From positions 4,256,001 through 4,320,000 of the forward strand of contig OZ220744.1 of assembly GCA_965116925.1 (NCBI GenBank): a stretch of DNA of 64,000 nucleotides. The letters are read 5' to 3'. Below, piece after piece: positions 38,545-48,188 of this stretch; position 1 is the first letter of the stretch; each line of letters begins with the position of its first letter. The notes beneath the pieces were generated by a model. That model saw only the letters and a list, made by a program, of their open reading frames with translations. It did no database searches and was not told where the DNA came from. The stretch comes from Candidatus Poribacteria bacterium. Lineage in GTDB: Bacteria; Poribacteria; WGA-4E; PCPOR2b. A program made the translations under genes and the position numbers.

Positions 38545-39927
38545 ATGGTAGATAAGAAATACCTTCTCACTGACGACCAGATGCGCCACTTCATTGTTAA
38601 CGGTTATGTAATCGTCAACACGGATCTCCCAGCGAGTTTTCACGATTTCATTTATGAGCGAACAGAAGAGGTGTTTGAAAAGGAGGGTAATCCGGGGAAT
38701 AACCTGTTGCCTCGAATCCCTGAGATTCAAACGGTCTTTGATGATAAGTGGGTTATCGGTGGGTTAATCAGTGTTTTGGGTGAGGATTACTACATGCAGC
38801 CCCATCGCCATCCTCACTTTAATCGACCGAAAAGTGAAGGACAGCGAATGCACCAAGACGGTGGCAGGCGATGGTCGCATCACACGCGAAGATTGTTGGT
38901 TTTTTACTATCCACAGGATACGCCCATAGAGCTCGGTCCTACTGGAATCGTTCCGGGGAGTCACTACTATAATACCCCTGACGGCGCAACGGTCAGCGAT
39001 GAACTCCCGGTTTGTGGCAAAGCTGGCACGGTGGCGATTGTAAACTATGATTTGTGGCATCGCGGTATGCCGAATCGTACCGACAAGAACCGTTACATGA
39101 TGAAGTTCCTCTTTGCTCGCATGTCGGAGCCGGAGTCGCCTTCGTGGAATAACGAACAGGTGGAGTGGGATCAGCGTGATCCGATTGGCAATGGTGTACA
39201 CCAAAAGATGTTCCAGCACGTTTGGGACTGGCATCATGGAAAAACGAACGGAGATACACCGAGCAACGGTCAATCGATGCAATCTGTACCGAAACTTATC
39301 GAAGGGATGGGTGATGATTCGGAGTCAAAGGGTCTCAGTGCTGCTTATGCGTTAGGCGAATTTGGAGAGCAGGTGGTGCCTGCGTTGATGGAGGCGTTTG
39401 GGGGCGAATCCGAAACGGCACGGCGAAATGCCTATTATGCGTTGAATGCGATCGGCGCGCCTGCGGTTGACCCGCTCATAGGCAACTTGAAACACCTAGA
39501 TTCACAGGTGCGTGAGACCGCTGCGGAGGCGTTAGGAGATATTGGTTCTCCCGCACATGCCGCTGTTCCGGAATTAGTAGGAGTGTTGCAAGATGAATCG
39601 GAGGAGGTTCGTTCCCGTGCGGCGGAAGCGTTAGGGACAGTCAGTCAAGGAGAGTCAACAGCCATCCCCGCATTAAGCGCAGCACTACAGGATGGGGATG
39701 AAAGGGTCCGGCGAGATGCCCTCCTTGCATTGGCGCGGATTGGTTCCCATGCGGTTGATGCTGTTGATGCGTTGGGTGGGATGTTTTCCGATGAAAACCG
39801 GTATGTGCGCGGCGATGCGGTTCATGCTTTATATCGCATCGGTACGCCGGAGGCAAAGGAGGTTTTACTTCAATTTCTGATGAGGACTCGGTGGTGCCCC
39901 TTGACCAACCGAGAAAGCACGCATTAG
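38545..39927 (+). CDS. PhyH-family dioxygenase fused to C-terminal HEAT/PBS-lyase repeats
   Basis: HQD, GPT..VPGSH, LWHRG, RYMMKF; repeats of VR..AA.ALG. Confidence 0.88.
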   Translation: MVDKKYLLTDDQMRHFIVNGYVIVNTDLPASFHDFIYERTEEVFEKEGNPGNNLLPRIPEIQTVFDDKWVIGGLISVLGEDYYMQPHRHPHFNRPKSEGQRMHQDGGRRWSHHTRRLLVFYYPQDTPIELGPTGIVPGSHYYNTPDGATVSDELPVCGKAGTVAIVNYDLWHRGMPNRTDKNRYMMKFLFARMSEPESPSWNNEQVEWDQRDPIGNGVHQKMFQHVWDWHHGKTNGDTPSNGQSMQSVPKLIEGMGDDSESKGLSAAYALGEFGEQVVPALMEAFGGESETARRNAYYALNAIGAPAVDPLIGNLKHLDSQVRETAAEALGDIGSPAHAAVPELVGVLQDESEEVRSRAAEALGTVSQGESTAIPALSAALQDGDERVRRDALLALARIGSHAVDAVDALGGMFSDENRYVRGDAVHALYRIGTPEAKEVLLQFLMRTRWCPLTNRESTH

Positions 39928-40068
39928 GGGGTGATACGGGGTTGCAGCTGCTGATACGGGATACGGTCAAAGATCGAGAATGCCTTGTAATAGCAGTTCA
40001 CCCCCTGTAGTTCGTAGTGAACGCAGATCTGCGTTCACTACAATCTGGTGGAGTGCATAAGTCCTGAA

Positions 40069-40830
40069 TCATTTCCCTTTTATCTCGTCCCAATCTACTT
40101 CATCTTCGTCCTTCTTTGCGTCGCTGTCATTGTTCCTCGCTCTGCCGCCACGACGGCCACCACCTCCACGTTCTCGTCGGATTGCCTCTAGCTTCCGACG
40201 ACGTTCTTCCGGTGAGGCGGTGCGTAACCACTCGCGCAATGCGTCGCGTTCCCGATTCGCCCCACGCCGTCCGGCTCTTTGAGTTTGGCGTTCATCATCT
40301 GAACGCTCTGCGGAAGCTTCAGAGTTTCCGCCTCCACCTGATTTTTCTCCTGAACGACTTGAACCGCTGAGAAACTGCATTGACTCCGCTTTGAGGGTTA
40401 CAATGTCATCTGAGGCTTTGAGGCTTACTTGATTCGCTGCGATGTTTTCGACAATTGCGTCGCCAACCTTCTCTCCTTGGGCTACATAATAGAGTTGGCT
40501 GGATTTTCGTTCCATCACGAGGGCTTTTGCAACTGTTCCTCGTGTGCCAATCCATGTGGCGACCAATGCGTATTCCGGATCTCGATTTGGTCTTTGCCAA
40601 CCCAGCGGACGGAACAGGTTATTTTCGATGATAACGCGATAGAAATCTCCACCGTTGTCTCGCGCTTCAACTTGCTTCCGATCCACGCGCTTTTCAACTC
40701 CGTTCCGACCCCGTTTCAAGGACTCCGATGAATCGGAGGATTTTTTAACCTGCGCGTACACGGATTGGGAGTTGGAGAACAACAAGCTCATAGCACAGCA
40801 CATCAATAAGACAGTGCACAAACGGTGCAT
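40069..40830 (-). CDS. Exported hypothetical protein, GspC/T2SS-C-like central domain and low-complexity Arg/Gly tail
   Basis: Signal peptide; NLFRPLG...Y.LV.T...KA......YYV..GEKVG...V..I....V.L. Confidence 0.5.
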   Translation of the reverse strand: MHRLCTVLLMCCAMSLLFSNSQSVYAQVKKSSDSSESLKRGRNGVEKRVDRKQVEARDNGGDFYRVIIENNLFRPLGWQRPNRDPEYALVATWIGTRGTVAKALVMERKSSQLYYVAQGEKVGDAIVENIAANQVSLKASDDIVTLKAESMQFLSGSSRSGEKSGGGGNSEASAERSDDERQTQRAGRRGANRERDALREWLRTASPEERRRKLEAIRRERGGGGRRGGRARNNDSDAKKDEDEVDWDEIKGK

Positions 40831-41203
40831 TTGAATCTCCTCTCTGGTACATCATGTAACCGCATTTTTGCGATTGAATCGGCGTTTGCAGTGATTGTTG
40901 TTGGGTGATGCGGTAAACAACAAAGAACTTTCCATTGAGTAAGGTGCGGAGGTACTACAAACGCAAACTTCAAAATTAGACAATTTGACTTTAGCAGATT
41001 AAGAAGGTAAAATTTATGACTGAACCCTTAGACGCTAAACCTTATCTTTTTGTTCAGAAAAATTTTCGCACAGCACTTTCGCGCTCTCAATTTCGTCCAA
41101 TTGCAACAACTCAGGATTTACGCGCTCCAGACTGTAGTTGCCCGTTTCTTAATCCCGATTTATCTGGGATTCATCGGGCGTTGGCAACGGTGTCCAGTAG
41201 TGC

Positions 41204-41446
41204 GTAGGTTGGGTTGAACGCAGTCAAGAAATCCGATTTGGACACATCAAACACCTATCAAACTGGAGACTCTGTAGATAGCATCGAAGAGAGAGTGAAA
41301 CCCAACTTCATACCTCACGTTCCCGGACATCTGCTGGGAAAAGCGTTGGGTTTCACTCAGGTTTTTGAGATTTGAATGAGAGTTGTGCATCGGCATCGGG
41401 TTGTACGGTTGTTATTTTTATTTGACTTTGGTTCAACCCAACCTAC
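41204..41446. repeat. Family A REP element
   Basis: gtaggttgggttgaacg ... gttcaacccaacctac. Confidence 0.8.
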
Positions 41447-41699
41447 GTGTCCTCTACAGTGGTTACGGCATACGGAGTATGCCTATTACTATGTGGGTTA
41501 CTAGCAACTTGAGTTAAGATAAGTTGGGTTTCACTCAGGTTTTTGAGATTTGAATGAGAGTTGTGCAGCGGCATCGAGTTGTACGGTTGTTATTTTTATT
41601 TGACTTTGTTCAACCCAACCTACGTGTCCTCTACAGTGGTTACGGCATACGGAGTATGCCTATTACTATGTGGGTTACTAGCAACTTGAGTTAAGATAA
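41345..41699. repeat. Near-perfect tandem duplication of about 178 bp
   Basis: 41345-41522 and 41523-41699 differ at only a few positions. Confidence 0.9.
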
Positions 41700-41864
41700 G
41701 TAAGGAGAGCTAACGCTCGGCGGTTAAAATAGAATCAGTATTCATCTATATTTTGGCACATAAACCCCAACTTATTTTGCATCGTCACAGAACTACAAGA
41801 TTGCGGAGGAAAAATTGACGACACTCAATGGCTGCTCCGCCGAATAATATAAAAGGGGATAACA

Positions 41865-42545
41865 ATGCAAATCAATTTTCAGAAAGTAGTAGATCTGTCT
41901 TACACGGTTGATGAAAACAGTCCACGCGAACTTCCGATTGACCCTGTCAAAATCTACGATACAGCAACAATCGACAAGGATGGCTACTTTGAAAGCCGAG
42001 TAGATTTATCCGGGCATTGTGCGACGCATATTGACGTTCCCTGCCTGATGTACGCCGAGGGATTCACCGTCGCTGAAATTCCACAGGACAAATTAACGGG
42101 ATCTGCCGTGCTGATAGACCTATCAGACGTGAAACAACCGGGCGATGCCGTGACGGCAGAAGACATCGAGAAGTGGATTGCCGAAAACGGCGATATTCCG
42201 CCAGATAGCATCGTTTTCATGCGGACCGGCATGGATCAATATGCGTACCAAGATAGTTTCAACCGTCAATGGATTGGCTTCAGCGAGGATGCGGCGCGGT
42301 TGCTTGTCCAGAAAGAGATCAAGACGATTGGAACGGATGCCTGCAGCATCGACTCGATGGCTGGACATCCGCCTCAGCACGACGGCCTACCGCCCGCCCA
42401 TCTCGTTTTTCTCGGTGCTGGTATCCCGCAGGTCGAAGATCTCTGTAATCTGAGCGAACTGCCGACGAACTTTCACGTGGCGATTGCGCCGATGAAGTTA
42501 GCGCGGAGCTCCGGTGCCCCGACGCGCGTCTTTGCATTTGTCTAA
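41865..42545 (+). CDS. Cyclase family protein (kynurenine formamidase-like)
   Basis: VDLS, HCATHIDVP (HxxTHxD), RTG, IGTD..SID, H..FL..GIP.VE.L.NL, GAPTRV. Confidence 0.88.
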   Translation: MQINFQKVVDLSYTVDENSPRELPIDPVKIYDTATIDKDGYFESRVDLSGHCATHIDVPCLMYAEGFTVAEIPQDKLTGSAVLIDLSDVKQPGDAVTAEDIEKWIAENGDIPPDSIVFMRTGMDQYAYQDSFNRQWIGFSEDAARLLVQKEIKTIGTDACSIDSMAGHPPQHDGLPPAHLVFLGAGIPQVEDLCNLSELPTNFHVAIAPMKLARSSGAPTRVFAFV

Positions 42546-42582
42546 TTGTAACTGTTCCTCTGAAAACGGATAAAACAGAGAC

Positions 42583-43440
42583 ATGAAAACTCAGACGGTC
42601 GGCATTGAATTAGAAGAAGCGGATCGAGAGGCATACAGCGATCAAGGTTTTTGGATTGGTCCCCAGTTATTCGATGACGCGACGGTGAAGGAGCTGCGTA
42701 GTGCAGTTTGCCGCACCATCCGCGGCGAGCGGGATTTCGATTCAATGCACTGGGGGCAGCCACCGAAATTCGACCCCCAAAGTCCAAAATTGGCACATGT
42801 GGTCAACGGTTGGTGGGTGAACGCCAAAATCCGCGAATTGATCCAATCCGACGAAATTGGTTATTTGGCTTCCCGACTGATGGGGACTCAGGAGGTCCGT
42901 CTGGTGCACGACCAAGTTCTTTACAAACCGGGGAATGGTTCCGAGTCGGAAGAGGTTCTGGATGGCAATGTTGGCTGGCATCAGGATGCCGCCCACTGGA
43001 CTATGTTCAACTCTACCACCTTCTGCACCGCTTGGATTGCCTTACAGGACACCGACCTTTCCAATGGAAGTATGTGTTTTGTTAGGGGATCACATAAATG
43101 GGGGTTAATCAAAGACGCCGCCGGTTTTGCGAATAAAGACCTACACGCTTCGGAAAAGAGGTTTTCTCAAGGTGACCGGCGGTGGGTGGAAATTCCTTGC
43201 GTACTCAAAGCGGGTCAAGTCAGTTTCCATACGGGGTTGACCTTTCACGGTTCCGGTCCCAATCGGACGGATGCACCACGTCTTTCGATTGCGCTCAACA
43301 TGATGCCCGGCGGGACGACCTATAACAAGCATGGTAGGGATAATTTGATTGGTGCCCAATTGGGACCCTATGTGAAACACGGGGACCTGTGCACAGATCC
43401 TTTCTTTCCAAGAATGTGGCCTCCGAACCGTGCTGATTAG
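42583..43440 (+). CDS. PhyH-family dioxygenase
   Basis: GWHQD, TAWIAL, NGSM.FV.GSH, FHGSGPN...PR. Confidence 0.9.
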   Translation: MKTQTVGIELEEADREAYSDQGFWIGPQLFDDATVKELRSAVCRTIRGERDFDSMHWGQPPKFDPQSPKLAHVVNGWWVNAKIRELIQSDEIGYLASRLMGTQEVRLVHDQVLYKPGNGSESEEVLDGNVGWHQDAAHWTMFNSTTFCTAWIALQDTDLSNGSMCFVRGSHKWGLIKDAAGFANKDLHASEKRFSQGDRRWVEIPCVLKAGQVSFHTGLTFHGSGPNRTDAPRLSIALNMMPGGTTYNKHGRDNLIGAQLGPYVKHGDLCTDPFFPRMWPPNRAD

Positions 43441-43567
43441 CTAGGGTATGTTGACATTTATCGTAGGGGCGAGGTTTCCTCGCCCGACGGGTTGGGGAAC
43501 CCAACCCCTACAGTGGGTTAGCCTATAAGCAGGTGTCAAGATATGAATCTCGACCTACAACCAGCAC

Positions 43568-44458
43568 CTATTGAATCAATTCCGCCTTTATCCCATCGAG
43601 CGGTATATCGAGCAAATCCTCCCCAAAGATGATATGACCGTCGAAAATCTGTCCCGCCTCAAACAACAACCGTTCACGTATACCAGGGCGTGCAACCTGC
43701 TCCGTTAGGTGAACCAGCACCAGTGTGCTGACTTGGGCATCACGCGCGGTACGCGCTGCGTCCAGATGTCCTGAACAACAGCTCGTCAATCTGGGATCTG
43801 TAACAACTCCATTGATAAAGTGACACATGTGCACCAGCACATCGGCACCCGCTGCGAGTTCGGTGAGTTTTGCTGTTGGCCCCGTATCACCGCCAAAGAC
43901 GATGGCATGTTCCTGTGTCTCCAAGCGGTAGGCGAGACAGGTGAGTTGGGGTTGGCAGTGAACGACTTCTGCGACCTTTACGCGCCAATCCGCACACTCC
44001 ACTATGGTGCCGTCAGCGACCTCAGTTACCGTTGGGTTTGGTCGCTTGCGTGGCAACACGCCCCCGCGCTTTTCATAGATGAAATGGCTGCCGGGATGCT
44101 CGGTTCTTCCTGCCAGATCCGGTCCGAATACACCGGATTTACCGAAGAGCAGTTGGGTCATCCTTTCTGTGTTGGGGGGACCATACACACTTAGCTCTGG
44201 AATTTTGCCGACCCCCTGATCCCAACGTGACAACACCAGATAGCCGTAATCGACACAGTGGTCGTAGTGAAGATGGGTCAGAAATAGGTGTGTAATGTGG
44301 GTTGGTGACACGTCTTTTTTCAGTAGCCGCCGCACACAACCGGGACCACAATCAAAGAGAAGTTTCTCCTCGCCTAGGGTGACCAGATAACTAGAACCCG
44401 CACGATGGAGGAGTGGTGTTGGTGTGCCTGTTCCGAGAAGGGTTAAACGGATTGACAT
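43568..44458 (-). CDS. MBL-fold hydrolase (RNase Z / arylsulfatase-like)
   Basis: LLGTGTP, FDCGPG, THLHYDH, GDT, ADVLVH, LVLVH. Confidence 0.85.
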   Translation of the reverse strand: MSIRLTLLGTGTPTPLLHRAGSSYLVTLGEEKLLFDCGPGCVRRLLKKDVSPTHITHLFLTHLHYDHCVDYGYLVLSRWDQGVGKIPELSVYGPPNTERMTQLLFGKSGVFGPDLAGRTEHPGSHFIYEKRGGVLPRKRPNPTVTEVADGTIVECADWRVKVAEVVHCQPQLTCLAYRLETQEHAIVFGGDTGPTAKLTELAAGADVLVHMCHFINGVVTDPRLTSCCSGHLDAARTARDAQVSTLVLVHLTEQVARPGIRERLLFEAGQIFDGHIIFGEDLLDIPLDGIKAELIQ

Positions 44459-44508
44459 GTGGAATTGCTCCTACGGATCAAGGGTATTTGTATCATTTTT
44501 TGGGATAT

Positions 44509-44721
44509 TATAGTGGATCGTAGAATTAATGAAATACGCCAAACCGGTGCGGTTGAATGAAAATTAAAAAAATAATTCGGTAATTTGCTAGCGATGCCGG
44601 CGCGGGGGAAAACCGCGCCTACCGTATGTTTCGAGGAAAATAGGGATTACCGATTTAAATACTTAAACTTCATAAAACCGCACCTACCGGGGGGCGAAAG
44701 TGTCTATTTATTTTTACCATA
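44509..44721. repeat. Miniature element family B, long form with 117-bp nested insert (44557-44673)
   Basis: Closely similar to 55353-55573. Confidence 0.8.
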
Positions 44722-45079
44722 GATTGCTGAATAGGTGATGAATATCGTTGCGTTTGATGTTATCATGATTTATCCTAGCCTTCAACCTCTTTTTGGACAT
44801 AAGGGAGGGCAATCGCATCTGTTTAGGAATTAGGTAGTTGAGCAATCAGGACACTGGGGGAACCCCGGTTGTAGCACAAATTGACTGACCTCCGGGCAAG
44901 TACAGGTTAGAAACCTGTACCCACAAGGGAATTTGGAGTGCCATCTGCTACAGTCAAAGTCATGCTGTGCATGAAGGCTCGCGCCAGATTTATCTGGTGA
45001 ATGTGGAGGAGATTGTATTAGGGTGAGGATACGGATCACCGAACAATAGGGCATCTCCTGATTCATTTCCTGTTTTTTG

Positions 45080-45107
45080 TTGACACTTTACATGATGTGG
45101 CTATAAT
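45080..45107 (+). promoter_or_regulatory. Consensus sigma70 promoter upstream of the Nramp-like gene
   Basis: TTGACA-16 nt-TATAAT. Confidence 0.6.
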
Positions 45108-45316
45108 GTTGGCTAGTCCAATTTGCTGAGCGATAGGGTCATTTATGATAGATTTTAGAATTAATTGGACACTGTGAACGAGCGAGGTCAGGAACTTTGT
45201 TCGCGGAGTTACGGCACACGGAGTGTGCCTACTACTTTGGCAGTTTATCAATTTCACTGGGATACTGGAGGAGAATTATCCGGATTATTTTTCTACCCTA
45301 ACCAACAGGAGAAATT

Positions 45317-46813
45317 ATGGAGGAAAAAGAAACAATTGACGAGAATCAAGAGGAGATAGGCACGGTCGAAATTCCACCTGTTACTGGGGTGTTTGGTCAG
45401 TCGTGGTCAATGCAGAAACTGCTCGGCTTAATGGCTGTCTTTGGACCTGCCGCAATTGTTGCATCGGTCAGTATCGGTGCCGGCGAAACGATTGTCGTTG
45501 TCCGTACAGGTGCTTGGGCACGTTATGACCTCCTATGGCTCGTGCTTATAAGTTGTATCGTTAAAGGCGTTTTTCTTACCTATCTGCTCGGACGTTACAC
45601 CGCCGTTAGCGGTGAATATCTTGGACATCGGCTGGTAAGGCTACCCGGACCGCGCGGTTGGTTTTTGCTTATGATTATGTTAGTTGAATTAATCGGTGGT
45701 CCGATGGCTTGGGTGCCAATTGCTAAACCGTGTGCAGATCTATTTCACTTTTTACTTAACGGAGTTCCGCAATCAATCCCCGAACCGATTTGGGAAAATA
45801 TCTTTACCTCTGCCTTCATCGGTCTCGCTTTGCTACTCAGCCTGAAGATGTCATATAATAGACTGGAAAAGCAGCAGGTGATCATCTGCCTGATCCTTGT
45901 GACTGGAACGATTATCGGCACCCTGATGGTACGTCCAGATCTCTGGCAAGCATTCATTGGATCCGTAAATGTAGGACATCTGCCAGCGTTTCCAGAGTGG
46001 ACACCAGACGATGCGCGTCAGAATCCGCTGCTAACAATGGCGACAACATTTGCTTACGTTGGTGGTGGGGCGATGGGTTATATCGTCTACGCTAACTGGA
46101 TTGGCCTCCACCGTTGGGGGTTGACAGGACATCAAAATATTGATGCCATCCGCGACTATGCTTTCAAGCACGATGCGATTGACTACCTGCCCGATGCACC
46201 GGAACAGGTCAGCCGATTGCGACAACTTGTCGCACCGTTGCGGTGGGATGCTGGCATGGGTGCAGTCGTTCTGTTTATTGTAACGGCGGCATTTATGATA
46301 TCTGGCGCTGCGGTCTTGTATCCACTAGAAAGTCGATTTGAAGGATGGAGCCTACTTACCGAGCAGGCTCACGTCTGGAGTAACATCCATCCCTCGTTGG
46401 TCTGGGTTTACTACATCTGTATCATTGCCGCCCTTTGGGGAACCCTACAAGCGGTGCCCGAAGTCCTTACCCGTGTATCGCACGAATTTTTAGAGGCACT
46501 GTGGCCCTCCCGCGAATGGCCCTATGCTAAAATCCAGCGTTTCATCTGTACCTATTTTTTCGTCTCCACCTTTATTGTCATTTGGACAGATCTAAAGTTT
46601 GATATTCTCACGCAGATTGCGGGCACTTTGGGAAACTTTGCGATTTCATTTGTCATGGTTCTTGCGTTGCGCTTGAATTCCAAACTCCCTAGCTCTTATC
46701 GGACGCACCGTGTGATGTGGATCGGCGGATTTATATCTGCGCTGATTCAGATTGCTTTTGCAGGCGTTAGTATCTGGAGTTTAGGCGGCAAAATCTTCGG
46801 TGGTGGACAGTAG
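45317..46813 (+). CDS. Nramp-superfamily (YcsG/MntH-like) transporter
   Basis: GPAAIVASVSIGAGE, GA...Y.LLW, RY...SGE, about 11 TM segments. Confidence 0.8.
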   Translation: MEEKETIDENQEEIGTVEIPPVTGVFGQSWSMQKLLGLMAVFGPAAIVASVSIGAGETIVVVRTGAWARYDLLWLVLISCIVKGVFLTYLLGRYTAVSGEYLGHRLVRLPGPRGWFLLMIMLVELIGGPMAWVPIAKPCADLFHFLLNGVPQSIPEPIWENIFTSAFIGLALLLSLKMSYNRLEKQQVIICLILVTGTIIGTLMVRPDLWQAFIGSVNVGHLPAFPEWTPDDARQNPLLTMATTFAYVGGGAMGYIVYANWIGLHRWGLTGHQNIDAIRDYAFKHDAIDYLPDAPEQVSRLRQLVAPLRWDAGMGAVVLFIVTAAFMISGAAVLYPLESRFEGWSLLTEQAHVWSNIHPSLVWVYYICIIAALWGTLQAVPEVLTRVSHEFLEALWPSREWPYAKIQRFICTYFFVSTFIVIWTDLKFDILTQIAGTLGNFAISFVMVLALRLNSKLPSSYRTHRVMWIGGFISALIQIAFAGVSIWSLGGKIFGGGQ

Positions 46814-46889
46814 TATATTTTTTAACGATGTGCTGTGGATTTGCCAATCCATGGCGAGCGGGCCTCTATAGGGGAATCCTCAACGGTTA

Positions 46890-48170
46890 ATGGTAAATAA
46901 TTCACGACTGACGATGCGCAGGGGGCATTCCTTGCGCACTTTCGAGGCATTTGGTAACCGTAGCTACCGGTTGCTTTGGCCCGCGAACTTCCTCGCCTAT
47001 ATCTGCCGGTGGATGCAGCTGACGCTGCTGGGCTGGCTTGTCCTAGAGTTGACGGATTCACCATTTTCGGTAGCTTTGGTCGGTTTCTTCGGGATGCTGC
47101 CGCTTCTGATACTTGGCATGGTGGGCGGTGTATTGGCTGATAGGGTCAATAAGCACCGAATCCTCATCATGACACAGGTAATAAGCTGTGTCGCTGCCTT
47201 TGCGATGGTGCTGCTGCTCAAGATGGAAGCGATACGTTTCTGGCACGCTTACGTCGTGATGGGGTGTACCGGCATCGGGTGGGCCCTGGATATGCCCTCC
47301 CGACGTTCAGCCATACACGATCTTGTCGGCAGAGCAGGGGTGACCAACGCTATGGCGATGGATTCTGTCGGTATGCAGGCGAGCCGTATGATCGGTCCGG
47401 CGTTGGCGGGCGCACTGATAACCACGGTTGATGTGTTGGGAGGTTACATCGTTGTTAGTGCAATCTATGTTGTGGCGATTGCCCTAATCGCAGCGGTGAA
47501 CCTGCCGCCTGTCGACCGGAGCCGTCTTGGGTTGTCTAGCGTCCTTGGCAACTTGGTGGAAGGGTTCCGGTACGTGAGGCGCGACAATGTGCTGGTGGCA
47601 ACCGTACTCGTCACCATCCTAATGAATTTGCTGCTCTTTCCCTACGCACAGATGATTCCGGTTATCGCTCGCGATGTCCTTTTGATTGGTCCCGGACTGA
47701 TGGGAACGCTCCTAGGCGCTGAAGGGCTAGGCGCGCTTTTTGGTGCGATCTGTGTCGCTTCGATAGGGGTTATCCGGTTCCATGGACGGTTGTACATCGG
47801 CGGGTCAATGCTTGGGTTGGTTATGCTCTTATGTTTCTCGACGGTGCGGTGGTACTACATTGCCCTTCCGGTGCTATTTGTTCTCGGGTTCGGGACATCG
47901 GGCTTTTCAACAATGCAGTCAACCCTTGTGATGCTGCGCTCTAGGGAGGAGATGCGTGGACGGGCACTAGGCGTTATCAGTCTCGCCATCGGTGCTGGTC
48001 CGCTGGGGGCACTTATGGTAGGTGCTATTGCGTCAATGAGCAGCACACCATTTGCCATCGGAATTGACGCAGTGCTAGGGATTGTGTTGCTTTCGGTGAT
48101 AGCCTTGCTGATGCCGTCGCTGTGGCGACAACCGATGGTTTCAGACGAGCGGACTCCCAAGGTCAATTGA
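46890..48170 (+). CDS. MFS transporter (MFS_3/H+ antiporter-like)
   Basis: GGVLADRVN, D.P.RRS, R.IGPALAG, EMRGR; 12 TM segments. Confidence 0.88.
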   Translation: MVNNSRLTMRRGHSLRTFEAFGNRSYRLLWPANFLAYICRWMQLTLLGWLVLELTDSPFSVALVGFFGMLPLLILGMVGGVLADRVNKHRILIMTQVISCVAAFAMVLLLKMEAIRFWHAYVVMGCTGIGWALDMPSRRSAIHDLVGRAGVTNAMAMDSVGMQASRMIGPALAGALITTVDVLGGYIVVSAIYVVAIALIAAVNLPPVDRSRLGLSSVLGNLVEGFRYVRRDNVLVATVLVTILMNLLLFPYAQMIPVIARDVLLIGPGLMGTLLGAEGLGALFGAICVASIGVIRFHGRLYIGGSMLGLVMLLCFSTVRWYYIALPVLFVLGFGTSGFSTMQSTLVMLRSREEMRGRALGVISLAIGAGPLGALMVGAIASMSSTPFAIGIDAVLGIVLLSVIALLMPSLWRQPMVSDERTPKVN

Positions 48171-48188
48171 TGGCACAATCCGGGCTTA

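Noticed and set aside
44830..45066. Cys-rich 78-aa ORF as a possible peptide or zinc finger
   Set aside because: It overlaps a REP hairpin (gtacaggttagaaacctgtac), lacks a clear RBS and has no family motif.
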